The notes under the pieces: model-generated
The model's database searches: none
What the model was told of the DNA's origin: nothing
What the model saw: only the letters and a program-made list of their open reading frames with translations
Assembly: GCA_013115125.1 (NCBI GenBank)
Contig: JABANN010000279.1
Span: forward strand, 1-43,929
DNA length: 43,929 nt
Direction: 5' to 3'
Origin: Perkinsus olseni
Lineage: Eukaryota
In this document: positions 12,146-24,390 of the stretch, in pieces
Layout of the letters: each line of letters starts with the position of its first letter
Position numbering within the stretch: the stretch's first letter is position 1
Program-made: the position numbers and the translations under genes

Positions 12146-13553
12146 ATGACGAGCGTGCTAGCTCGGACACGGCCCGCTGCGTGCCGGAGAGGTCTATTGG
12201 GGTCCCAGGCCGGTCCCATGCGTACCTTCTTCAACTCTAAATGGGTCAGGAGAATCGAGCGCCTAACAGCACCGTCCAGGTAAACCTTATTGGCTGCTGC
12301 GGGAAGTAGGATAATATTCGGCAGACGCCCTCCACCACCGGTAATACCCGAGAAGGAGGTTCCCCCTCCAGTGGACCCATCGGTGACTCCTGTTAACCCA
12401 GTGCTAGGCAGTAAACGGCCAGGTAGGTGATGAAGGCGGGGAAAGCTCTACTGTCCTCGCACAGGTATATGTGCGTTTAAAATAGGATGCATGGGCCTTT
12501 GGGACGAATGGGGCCAGAAGCATGCAGTGACAGTCTGCAAGGTTATATAGCCCTCTACTGTTCGCCTGGGGTTATCCTTATCCAGGTCCACAATTCTCAT
12601 GTGATGCGACAGAAAACTATAGCACGGAATGGCTACGAGGCTCTACAAGTTGGCACTGGATGGCGTACTCTTGGATTGTATGGTTCTTACCATCGGCCGC
12701 TCGTTTAGTGCTGCTCCTCCAGACATGAGCGTCGTCGTATTGGGTGCTGCATCCGGGCCGGGGTGGAGCCCAAGCACCACATCGAGGAGTTTCGAGTCAG
12801 TAGTGACTGCATGCTGCCGGTCGGCCATGAGTTCTCAGTGCGTCATTTCGTCCCGGGCCAGCGAGTGTAGTATCTGGGGACGTTCCTCACCTTTCCCACT
12901 TTTCGGTCAGGTTTGTCAGCGGATGGAGCCGGGGAAAGGGTTGGCAGGGAGTCGTCACTCGCTGGCGGTTCGCCGGTGAGAGACCCTCCAACCTTGCTGC
13001 TCGGGCTACTGTGCTTCGCAGGCCAGCAAGTGCACAAAGCCACAGGCGGCATGCGGATGCCGGGCTCTATCAGCAGGGGTATGTCGTCGTCTAAGGTGGA
13101 TAAGTACAAGAAACAACCCGGTCATATGGGACCGGACCCGAGGTGGCGCTAACCCCTCTAGCGGCTGGTCATCCAGTACAGTATCTCAGAGTCACTAACT
13201 GCACGGTGTTTCGTATAGAGTCCACGAGGAACCTTATCTTCCTCAAAGGAGCTGTGCCTGGTGAGGGGGTCCCTTCGATATTTTTGCAGAATCTTTTCTA
13301 TCATGTAGGGTCAGCTGGTCATCCCATCAAGATATTCGACGGACGAGGTATCACTTGGTACAGGAATACTTATATAAAAGCGCCGTAGGGTTGCAGCGGT
13401 CATGTTCAGGTGTCATCTCTATGACTCTTTTGCAGGACCCCGACCTTTATACCGAAGCCTGGCCTGGAGTATCCTGTCACTGTGCAGATGCCAGCTACAT
13501 CTGAGGACCCATTCCTCTACCCTGAGCGACCCCGGTATGACCCCCGAAAGTAG
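12146..13553 (+). CDS. MRPL3: Mitochondrial ribosomal protein L3 (uL3m), multi-exon
   Basis: [82 protein letters not shown]; Arg-rich N-terminal transit-like peptide. Confidence 0.92.
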
Positions 13554-13725
13554 TGTTCATGTGCGGCGTACTGTTCTTCATGTTGTCATTGTGAGTGTTT
13601 CCGACACGTGATAGCTCGGTGTTCGAGTTGAGTACGATCGTGTCCTTCGACCCTTCTTGGTGGGCTTGATTGTCCCGTCTGTATGACGCCGGTGTATTTG
13701 CAGTACACTCGTTTTTATTGTGATA

Positions 13726-15211
13726 ATGTCTTACATACTAAAGGCCGTCCAAGACTTCGTCAATGCCAATCCAGTTAGCTGCTCATCGGAGAAGGCTCAC
13801 GAACTGCTTTCTCAGGAGGGTGTCAACCTAGGCACTATCGGTACTACTGGCCGGAGTGCGGATTAACATATTCGGAAACACTATCATCTCTCATGTAGGG
13901 AACGCCGTTCTGCAGCCAGGCGTCACCGCCGACGAGGCGAACGCTGTCGTCCGATGCTTGGAGATACTGTTCAGACACGAGGACCTGGCCAAGTCCGCAG
14001 TTGAAGAGTACTCCCAACTCTTACAGATGGCAGCTGATGGTGATCAGCGGTTTAGAGAGCTTGCGGCTGATTGTTTTGCGACGGCTAAGTCGCCCATGGC
14101 AGACCCTAAGGTACTGCTATCTCTGTTGAAGGATAAGGAGACAGGCATTGCCGAGAAGGCGGCGAGGGCTCTCGAGTGCATGGGTTCGAGGATCGAGGAG
14201 CTGCTGGATGCCGGTCTGAGAGATCTGGCGGGGCCTCCGACTGATGGCGTCATACTCTTGCGAGCTCAATGTGTACTGATAGAGATTGGCAAGCGAGATC
14301 AGAAGGCTTTTGAGATCATCAACAAGCAGGGGCTGTATAAGAAGCTATTGGATGCTTTCTTCAGCGATGACCTTCTCCTCAAGCTGGCCTCGGCTGAGGT
14401 CATACAGGACCTCGCTAGCTTCCCTGGAGGGCGACAGGTCCTTGTAGACTGTGGCACCTTCAAGGACTTCGAGAGGGAGCTCGTTGATGCGTTCGATGAC
14501 ACTGTGGCAATTGCTGTAGTAGCCGCCCTGAGCGGTCTACTGCAGCGGGCGGGCCCCTCAGATGAAGCCAACTACTTGTTCAGGAGTCGCACTGCCCCCT
14601 TACCGCACACCATCAAGGAGTTTCTATGTTCGGATAACGATACTGAAGTGCTCAATGGCCTGCAGGCAGTCATGCGGACTTGTCGTCTCAAGGTCGCTCA
14701 GGATACTCTTCTCACTTCGCCTGATGTCCATGCAGTACTGATCGGTATCTTGCGAAGATCTGATGAGAACGAGATTGTGAAGTGTGCGTGTGACTGTTGG
14801 TCGGCCATTGCCTACTCTAAGGCTATGGCCTACATCCCGGATACTGTCTACCAGGCCGCTGTAGACCAGCTGCAGAGACGAGCAGCGTTCCCTGACGCCC
14901 GAGCTCACATCTGGGGGCTCATGGGCAACTTGGCCAAATTCGATGGGAAGCAGGCGGAGAAGGTTTTCCTGGCGAAGGGAAGCTACGTCGTAACGACTCT
15001 GCAGAACTTCGCGAGCGAGCTGAGCTATGATGCAAGGGTGGGCAAGCTGAACTTTACCCGCGCTATTTTGGAATCGGTACCGGGAGATAGGATAGAGCTT
15101 TCGGTAGGCGGCCCTTGCTATTACGAGATGAAGGAATTCGCTAACAAGGGTCTCTCTTGGGCCCCACTCAAGCAGGATCAGATCGCTGTGGGAGACAATT
15201 TCGACCAGTAG
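13726..15211 (+). CDS. PSMD5: 26S proteasome assembly chaperone PSMD5/S5b/Hsm3-like ARM/HEAT protein (one intron about 13841-13898)
   Basis: Helical repeat protein; DDLLLKLASAEVIQDLASFPGGRQVL resembles the PSMD5 DDxLV...GxxYL segment; size about 475 aa fits. Confidence 0.7.
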
Positions 15212-15309
15212 GTTGGTTTCTGAAGATACCCTTCCAGCAATTGTAGTGTTGTGTTCGAGTTTGGATACTGGGACAAAGTCCTAGTCTGTGTCTGGGTGTC
15301 TCCAAGAGC

Positions 15310-18129
15310 ATGGATTTGGGTCATAGGAGCCCACGGTTGGGTATGTTGGGTGTGCGTATGTGGGATTGGGGGATCAAAGGTCACCTGTGATTGTAGTTTG
15401 CCTGTCTTTCTATCAGAAATTGAGTCTCGTAACTGCGGGAGGCGCTGGCCATTGGCCCTCCTCACCGCAGTCATCATGATGACGATGGCGTGGCTGCACA
15501 TTGAATGGTTCTCGTCAATGAAGGTCCTGTCCTTGCGAAAGCGGATAGCGCCGGCCCATCAAGCTACATCCACCTCCGATCCACCGTGGGGATCTTCCGA
15601 GGCCAGTCAGGTGCCCCTAGTCGGGGACGTTGAGGCGCCCTCGGACAATGCAAGCGTTGGTGATGCTGTCCAGGGTGACAGTGAAAGGTTCGACGCGCAT
15701 AGCGTGGGCGCTCACAGCGAAGATTCTTTCGGTCCGGTGATTCTCGAGGGTCTCCCTGATTTGGGGAAAGATACGCCCGTATGCGACTCGATAGAGTTGG
15801 CGACGGCCGGCCGGTGGCAGGGATTGAACTGGGTACCTTGGGCATGCAAGTTGCCGCCTCAGACCGGCATCGGCGATCTTTCTAAACCGGGCAGGTGAGT
15901 ATACCCTTGCCCAGTATTCGATTTACTCTGCCACCGCGACAGATGCCTGGCGGGAAGCAAGGTGGCGGTCATCGGCGACTCCCAGGCGGCTCATTTTGCC
16001 AAGCCATTCATGCGCTACCTCAACTGCGAAGACCTGAGTACAGCTCCTCGTCGGGGACGCTTCCAGAACTGTAAGGTCATCAAGAAGGATAAAAATGGTG
16101 TAAAAAGGAAGATCAAAGTGAAGGGTAGTGTCGGCGTGTTGGACACCTCCCGAGTGGGGCGACACAGGTGGTCCTATACCGTACTTTGGCAAGTGGGAGG
16201 GAGCGCAGTGGGGCTGTGCTCGATGCTCCGGCTGTGGCTTAGGGGAGCATCGCTGTAGCAATGACCTTCAGCTGGAGGTAGGCTAGAGGTGTCAGAATAA
16301 TCCCACCGACCCGCTAGACGTGTTCACGCTTGTAGGCCCTAACTGTTGAGTATGTCGACTGGAAAGCTGTCTATGTACCTCCCTGGAGCAACACTACTCA
16401 AGAGTTTCTATTCCGCCAGTACTGGAATGATACCAGTGAGGAGGGCCACGGTCTGGCTTTCATGTGACCCCTATCAATACAGTCCTACTACGTTGTTTCC
16501 TGCTCACGCGTTCTCTTCCAGTCGTAAATCCACGGCAAATTGTTCCTGCTCGCCTTTCAGAGGCCGTGAAGGCTCCAGGCGCGTTGAAAACGTTCAAGTC
16601 CAGGGCACCCAGTCTGGTCTGGGCCAACACAGGCCTCCACGAACCCAGAGTCATCACTTTCGAGAAGAACGCCACGGATGCCCTGGAATATGCCTCCGGC
16701 ACCGCAAGGTACTACTGCGCCCTGTTGATCCTATTGAGTTGGGGGTTCAGGTATATGCGAGAGGCTTTGAGGGGAGGGAGGCAGCTAATATGGTCTCTGA
16801 CGACCGCAGTGAAGAGAGGGGACCAGCCTAAGGACTGGAAGGATGTGACATCATCGTATAGGATATGGTTGCTCAATCAACACGCCAGGCATGCAGCACA
16901 GCAGGTTAAAGGGGAGGGTCGCCGTCCAGGGCCGCCACTTGCTTCCACAGGTCATGAATGATAGTGATGTATTGGCGGGTACTAGTGGCATAGCGTTGTT
17001 CGATGCTTTCGGGACTTCCAGAGCCCCTGGTTACAGCTTCCATAGTGATGGAGTGCACATGGAGAACCACGGCAATGTGTGGGTATCTGATTCGTGCTTC
17101 CTTTCTTGCCGCTGGCTCGACTACCTGCCCGTCCTCCTCGGGTCCTCATGAAAAAACGGCTCAGTAGCGATGTGCTGTAGTACAAGGCCTAAGCAAGTCC
17201 TTTACACTTAACGGTCCTCGATGTCGCTTCCTATTTTGGCAGCGTCATCAGGTACTATGATAAGATGGTGGCATTGGCCTTAGCACAGTACGACCGACAG
17301 AAGTGCCGAGTCTCTTCGAGTGGTCGATCGAAGCGGCTACCCTTATTCGCTAGAGCGCCGTCCTGGAGCATCGGCTTGCCGTGGTACCCCGAGAACAGGA
17401 CCTATTGCAGTAGCATGGAGCCCGCTAGTAGTACTTATCTGTCCTTCACAGCCAGTGATCGGTTATCTATTACCGTAGCTTTGCTCGATCCCTTTCTCTT
17501 GGCTGTAGGGTGACCACTCCTGCGCCTGATCGTCTAAGGGGGAGGTTAACTCAGGTTCCGGTCGATGGATGGACGACGGTACATGGGGCCCGTGGGGCTG
17601 TAAGCTGTACGACTACTATGAAGGAGAGGATCCTTGTCAGGGGTCCGTAGTCTATCTAGTGGGAATCAAAGGGCAGGAGATTCTGGATGCCCTACTGAGT
17701 GCCCTACCGTCCGCTAAGAACGTCTCCGTGGAGACCGCGCTGGAGGGGTGGCCCGACGTTGTAATCATGGGTCTGCCGCACAGCAAATTCGCCAAGGGAA
17801 GGACTTCGGCCGAGCTCCTGGATGCTTTCAAACAGCGTGTATCGGCGATACACTCGAACGTTGTGAGATTAGTGATAGGCGATTCGTACCCGAAGAAGAG
17901 TCATGGCTCGTCCTGGCTCTATAACGAGCATTTAAGGGCTGCCTCCTACCACGCTGGCGTCGGCTTTTTCGATTTCTTCTCCATGGGTTTCGAGGCCACT
18001 TTGAACCTGCAGGAGACCTCAGTGCGACCGGAGATGGTCCCTGCTGCTGTTGGCAGAGTTGTGCAGAGTGTAATGAAGCACACTAAGTGCCGTCCTCGAA
18101 TAGGAGTGGTAGACTCGTGGCGGCCATGA
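15310..18129 (+). CDS. Type II membrane PC-esterase/TBL-like SGNH O-acetyltransferase/esterase with a second degenerate domain, multi-exon
   Basis: N-terminal anchor RRWPLALLTAVIMMTMAWL; GRWQGLNWVPWACKL; CLAGSKVAVIGDSQ (GDS 15974-15982); DGVH (17047-17058); repeated GRWMDDGTWGPWGCKL at about 17560-17607. Internal exon structure is approximate. Confidence 0.75.
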
Positions 18130-18242
18130 TTATGCCATGACGTATTAAGGTCCTTTCCTTGATGGCTGTTGTGTTGTGTCCCGGCGGTCGTCACTTCGTG
18201 TATGGTTAAGTTGATTTTGTTTGTGCATTCTCTCAATTGTTT

Positions 18243-19121
18243 ATGGAAGCTAGACCATGGCTCGGACCTAACGGGGAACACCTAGGAGTCATAGCTCCCC
18301 TCACTTCCAGTACTGGCTACAGGCTTGGTCTTCTCATCTACCCGGACCTCTCTAAAGTCGAGTTCGACCTCCATTTGAATCCCAGAGTTCTGTCTGCGGA
18401 CTTCCCGCCCTGGACTTCCGATGGCGCGAACCGAGAGGCCATGCTGAAGGAGGGGTACCCGATTACTCAGTGGATCCGAGAGCTCACCAAGGCCGATGGG
18501 AACATAGTGCTGCTGAGCAATTCAGTGCAATCAAATTTTCAAAATCCGTATGATTGTTTTATACAAGATGGAATTCTGCAAAGGCAGGGTTATGCTGCTG
18601 CCAGCGCTGAGTACGCCTTCGACGACGGTCCGGTGGATATTTTCGTGCTTGACTCGCATGTGCGAGGGCCTCGGCTACAGAGCTGCTGGGTCACCGACGA
18701 ACGCAATGCACGTTTTCCTTGGCGAAGGGCGGTGTCTGGCAGACCCTTCGTTACTGATGGGGAACTGCGAAAAATACCCCACTGGGACCGCGAGGAGAAT
18801 GAAGATGTGAAATACGGCGAAGTGCCGTGGCTACCAAATTCGACTGAAGCCGCCTTCTCTGCGGTCTGCGAGTCCGAGGATGGACAGGTCGTCCTGGCCT
18901 ACGCTATACAACCTTTAACCGCTTATGACTTCGGACGGGTCCTTATTGATAGTGGTGTAAGAGACGCCGTGCTTCTGGGAGGCAGTGGTGATGTGGGTGT
19001 CTGGATTGAAGGCAGAGGGCTTGAAGCAGCGGCTGCTAGGGAGGGCTCAGCCAGGGGTGCTCAGCCACCGGGGACTCGCAACCTTAACGGTGTCATAGCT
19101 CTCAAGATGCTACACAACTGA
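18243..19121 (+). CDS. Intronless hypothetical protein, divergent phosphodiester glycosidase (NAGPA/DUF2233)-like
   Basis: AVSGRPFVTDG, SAVCESEDGQVVL, LTAYDFGRVLIDSGVRDAVLLGGSG and RNLNGVIAL are collinear with the NAGPA consensus GPxLVxDG, TAxGxxxDG, TxxELAxxLxxxGxxxAxNLDGGGS, RxVxN. Confidence 0.6.
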   Translation: MEARPWLGPNGEHLGVIAPLTSSTGYRLGLLIYPDLSKVEFDLHLNPRVLSADFPPWTSDGANREAMLKEGYPITQWIRELTKADGNIVLLSNSVQSNFQNPYDCFIQDGILQRQGYAAASAEYAFDDGPVDIFVLDSHVRGPRLQSCWVTDERNARFPWRRAVSGRPFVTDGELRKIPHWDREENEDVKYGEVPWLPNSTEAAFSAVCESEDGQVVLAYAIQPLTAYDFGRVLIDSGVRDAVLLGGSGDVGVWIEGRGLEAAAAREGSARGAQPPGTRNLNGVIALKMLHN

Positions 19122-19216
19122 GCCTTTGCCCTTTTTTGCACTATCAGTGGTGAGAGGCGTTGCGTTGAAGTCGGCGGGGAGGAGGGCGACTATTGGGGAA
19201 GTTTTGGAGTCTGGTC

Positions 19217-22200
19217 ATGGCTGCTGCCGGGAAGAAGGCGGCTTACGTCACTGATGATATACTGGCACTGGGAAGGAAGGAGCGCGTCACACGGCTGAGG
19301 GCCAAACTATCGGACATACTCGGACAAGGTAGTAGGAGCAGGAGCTCCTGGGAGGAAGGCTGCCACGCTCAGCGCAGGTGACAATGCATTCGCCCAAGTA
19401 TCGCAGTATTTCTATGAGCTAATATGGTCGGTGCTCCGGGGCAGGCCAGGGGCCACCCTCGAGGAGCAGCCCTGCGTCGAGGTTCTGAAGGATATGGGCT
19501 TCACTAGGGCCCACCAGGAGGCCTTGCTGGACCACCTCTTCATCGCCTGCCACTACGAGCCCTGCTCCAAGGCAGCATTGAGCTTGGTGCGAGGTCTGCA
19601 GAGGGGTGGCGTCGTGTCCCTGGCCACCACACTCGGCAACATGGAGCCCCACATGGGAGTGCCCGCCGAGATCGTCTCGCCGGAGGTCTTCCGTCGTAAG
19701 ATCATGCAGGCCCGAACGAAGCAGCTTTACAGCGTCAACAAGTACAATACTTTCCGAGAGTGCTCCGAGGGCTATGCTGCCGCGATAGAAACGGTATGGT
19801 CGGTGAGCAGCCGACGGTCCAAGGAGGATGCTATCAAGTGCGGAGAGGAGCTCAAGAAGATCGTAGCCCACTACCAGCTTTGTCCTACAAGAGTCTGTGC
19901 TATGGTGGTGGACACAGTACAGTGGTGGTTTGCCCAGGCTATGAGACGGTATTGGTTCGGTAGGAAGAGCGACAGGGCGGCCAAAGGAGAGCCCGAGGTA
20001 ATGGAAGTCTGCTAGGCCGCTAGGCGAGGCGCTCTTGATCAGTTACCCTCGAGTGCTCGGTTCGCCGAAGTTCTGGAGTGGTACTTGGAGATCCTCCGGG
20101 GCTATCATCACACCCAACTGCTGTCAGTACTCAAGTTCTATCTATGTTGTTACAACAAGATACCCTTCCTAGTCCACAGCGACAACCCACCCATTTCAGT
20201 GCTGGACATCGTACCACCAGCAGACCTCCACGCCCCTCAGCCTGCCAGGAGTGGAGGCGGCGGCCAGCATTCTAAACGCAGTAATATTACCTCCGCTGCG
20301 TCTCCTCGCCTGGCGAACTCGGCGTTAGTCCGTGGATGCATGGATGAGCCTCCTATTCCAACCCACTCATAGGCCAGCAAATTTCGACCCTTTTCAACAG
20401 AACGCTCATAGCCGAATTCAATCATAGCTCCTATCAGGTGACGGCACAGCGTCAGAGAGTCACTCCACTAACCCTGCTGACAGCAACTCGGCCTCGGCCA
20501 TTCGCCTTGCCCGATCGAACGTCCTCTACGAGTTCGCCGGGGTCCTCATGATTCTCCTTCGAGGGAGTCTCCTGTCCCCGACGGAGCTGGGAGAAGAACT
20601 CTGGGAGTGAGAAGACCCGTCGCTGCCTCCTCTTCCTGTTAGGCTCATGTGTCCTCTCGCAGGTACATGTACACTTATCCGAGGGTCGACCCAGACCCGG
20701 TGATCTCCAAGCTCGAGTCGAAGGCCCTCGAGTGCTACAAGGCCGTCATCAACTCCCACACTGCTATTATCATTGGTGGATCTGGCGAGGACCAGGACCA
20801 GAAGATGCAAGAGGCCATAGATGCTCTGTCTGAGTACCGAGATATCCCTACCTGCCTCCTCCAAGCTGCCCTCGACGCTGGCGATGTTACCCTGGCCAAG
20901 CACATCGTCCGCCGGCTACAGCTGTCAAGGCCAGCCCTTCTCTCCACGGTTCGCCAAGGCCTTACCGACGAGCTGGCGTGGCTGTTGTGTACGAACGTTG
21001 ATCCGAGGAGTCGCCGCCATAAGGCCCGGCTCGCGCTACATCCCCTACGCCACTACTTCGAGCCTGGGCCGGCCGAGGGGCCTCTGCTTGAGGAGGGCAG
21101 CGATGCTCTGTGGTTGATCGAGATGCTGGGCTCCCAGCTCTGTCATGACGCTGCCTGCCTCGCCATCTGCTGGCAACGTGCTGGTGACGCTCTCGCTGCG
21201 AAGGGCTGTCGATCAGAACGTCTGGACTCTCTGGTCGCCAGGGTCCTCTTGCCGGCCCTATCCTGTGCTGCCGGGAGTAATGGGGCTAATCCATGGCTCG
21301 CCACGATAGCCTGGGAGAGCTACCTCAAGGGCAGGCCTGTGGAGGACAGGTACCAGATCTACGCCCTCTGGGACCAGGTCGGGCAGAGCGACCCCACAGA
21401 CCTGGCCCAGTTCCCCCTCCAGTTGGTGCATGCTAAGGTCCGGAAGGACACTAAGTCCTTGCTCAAGCGTATCGTTAAGGATGCTCAACAAAGTGAGGAC
21501 AAGTTAGCTCGGTACAGTCCCTACGCCTGGACCAAGCTAGCCCTGATGAATCCTTTGCCGTGCGCGGAGTACGTGGTGCACAACCTCACTGAGAGGTCCA
21601 ACAGCAATCTCATCGGGCCCTACATCGACGTCACCGGTCGCTCTGGTGACATGACCTGCGATACAGTTGGGTACGAGATCCTATGTGAAGCGACGAACCC
21701 TAGGTTGACCCGTGCTGTGGGCTTCCTCAATAAGGAAAGCGCTGTCATCGAGGGCTGGATTCAGAACCTGAGCGAGTTCGCTGGTAGCCATAACTCCCAT
21801 TCGTCTGCCCTCTCGCCATACTCGTCCACAGGTCGTTTCTACCGCAAGCACTCCCATATAGACATGCGTGGCTTGCTCAAAGTCATAAGGGTTTGCCTCA
21901 GACCACCGAACCCCAGAACTAGTAGTGACGAAGAGGTAAGATGCCGCCGGCTCCAAAGCACAGATGGCGGTGCGTTGTTATCAGACCATCAATTTCCTCC
22001 TCGGCCAATCTCTCATGCGGCAATTGTTACAGGGCCTCATCTCTTACGTTGGTGGCTTCACGGTGAGCGGGCAGGAGTCTCTGTGCTGGAGTAGCTGGAC
22101 GTGTCTCTCGACAGGTTATCGCCGAGTTGAACGACGAGCAAGTCCAATGTCTCTCTGGTGGCCCAGTACTGTGCGCCCTCTCCCAGACCATCAATCCCGA

Positions 22201-24281
22201 AGCGGGAGGGATAGGCGGTACCGGTGGCAGCACTGGCGGCAGGTGGGTCTTGGCCTCCGTTCGATAAATGGATCTTTGAACTCAGCATAGATTCTGGAAG
22301 TGATTTTTCTTCGTAAATTCGGTTGCAGAATCGATTCTGCGTCCCAATTTTCACGAAATTCCCTTCGTCCGGACTCTTTCCGCAGTAAAGAGTCGTCATC
22401 CCAGGTACAGCGAGCGTGCGAGAGCTGCCCTCCGAGCTGCGATGACGCAGGAGGGGCCGACTCTAGTCCAGAGCTTCTGGCACAGCCTCATGGCCCAACG
22501 CGATCTCCTGGTCAGTCATACCGCTATCATCAATGGCTTCACCGAGAATAAGGGAGGCCTCAAGCTCTTGGGGTATCTATTGGACACCTCCCACACGCAG
22601 CTGCTCCAGCTCACTCAGTACCTGGTTTTGGTAGCCTCTACGGCCCACCCCTACTCAGAGCTCCTACCTGATGTTGACCAACTCTTCCGCCCTAAGGGAC
22701 ACAGGCTCATGGCCGACCAGTTGCCTCTGGCCTTCCATCTCTGCCGCCCAGGCCTCCCTCCCTACGGTGTCCTGCCATCCGATGACGAGAAGGACCGACA
22801 GATCACCGTGGCGAAGCTCAGCGAGGCGGTGAAACCGTTCTTACCCGGGCAGAGCGAGGAGGCACTGGACGGGCTGTCGCTCAACTTCTACCTCACCTTC
22901 TGGCGGCTGAGTCTTTACGACATCTACGTCCCCTGCGATAGCTACAAGAAGCAGATCGCCTCTATGGAAAGGGAAATGGTCGAGATGCAGGGGGCTGCTG
23001 ACGGAAGGGCCACCGCTGCCACTCCCAACCCGACCAAACAGACCATCAAGCGAGCCAAGAAGGAGATCCACCGTCTTCGAGAACATGTAGGCTTGCCCGA
23101 AGGTCTCGCTTATCGCAAGCCCGCTCCTGCAGATCGACAAGCTTCGTGTGGAGGAGACGCTGCAGCTCGAGAATCACCACAGGGTGCTCGAGAGATTGCG
23201 CAGGGAGTGTGGTGGCTGGTGGAAGCAGGAGGTTGGCAACGAGCAGGCCACAGTTGCCCTCGTGAAATGGATGCTTGCCCAGCGTGTGATGGTAGTAGGC
23301 CCTGCGTTCGAGCGCCACCGTTGTACTTACTCCTCCAGTTGTCCGTTCAAGACGCTCTCTTCTGTGCCCACTTCGTGAAGTTGCTAGTGACGCTGCATCC
23401 CCCGGGTTTCCAGCTCCTTGACTTCTACAATGTCGCCACGACGCTTCTCATGGTCCTGGTAAGTTTCTCGGCCTCCCATCGCTGTGGCGTCGTCGAGGGC
23501 AGTCCGCTGTCAGGTCCAATGCTGTACCGAATCTGAAGCTCGATGGTTCGGTGTCTTCCTGAGAGATATCATGCACTACGTGAAGGATCTGAGGTCGATC
23601 GGTGATAGCAGTAAATTCGCCGAGTACGTCGCGGGCAACTCTGCCTTCTACCGGCACTATCGCCCCTACGGAGAGAAGGACGCGGAGTACCTCAAGCTGT
23701 CAGAGTTGAAGAAGGGTCACGCCAAGTGGGAAGGGCGTGTGTGCAAGGCCCTAAAGCCCGGGCTCGAGAAGAGCGCGGATTGGTCCGAGAAGCGCAACGC
23801 TCTGACTGTCCTTATCAGTTGTCACGAGTATTGCCCAGTACATTACCGATCTGCCAGGGCCGTCATGCACCACCTGGAGGCTCTGTCTAAGGACCAGGGC
23901 CAGCCGCCTGATATCAAAACCATGGCTGGAGGTCTGCTGAGCAAGATGAAACAGAGGGAAGACTCACTACTGGACCGTCCACCACCGAAGCCTGCTCATG
24001 ACCACCCGAAGCCATCCGATGGCCAAAGCAAATCCGCCGAGGCGCATGGGAAGTCTACTGAAGCGCACAACAAGCCGTCCGACAGTCATGCAAGAACGAC
24101 GAGCTCGAGTCAGGGTCACGCGCTTAACGCGCTTTCATCTCCGAGTACTGGAGTGAAGAGATCAGCTACAGATAGTCCGAATAGCACGACGACATCCCCG
24201 GAAGGCAAGAAACTGAGAACTAATGACGAGAGAAGCGAGAGAAGTTCCGCTAGAGAGCGCGGTCGGCCGCCGCGAGAGTGA
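19217..24281 (+). CDS. THOC2: THO complex subunit 2, multi-exon
   Basis: FYELIWSVLRG, RTKQLYSVNKYNTFRECSEGYA, RYQIYALW, TKSLLKRIVKD, WIQNLSEFAG, FYLTFWRLSLYDIYVP, DALFCAHFV, RNALTVL; charged low-complexity tail. Confidence 0.93.
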
Positions 24282-24390
24282 TGGCACTACCTGTTGTTCC
24301 TATTATGATTACGTTTGAATCGCGATGGTTGTGTTTTGTTCAGTCTCCTCCTCGACCTCGTCTCGTCCAAACCAGTTCCGTTTGCCTTTG

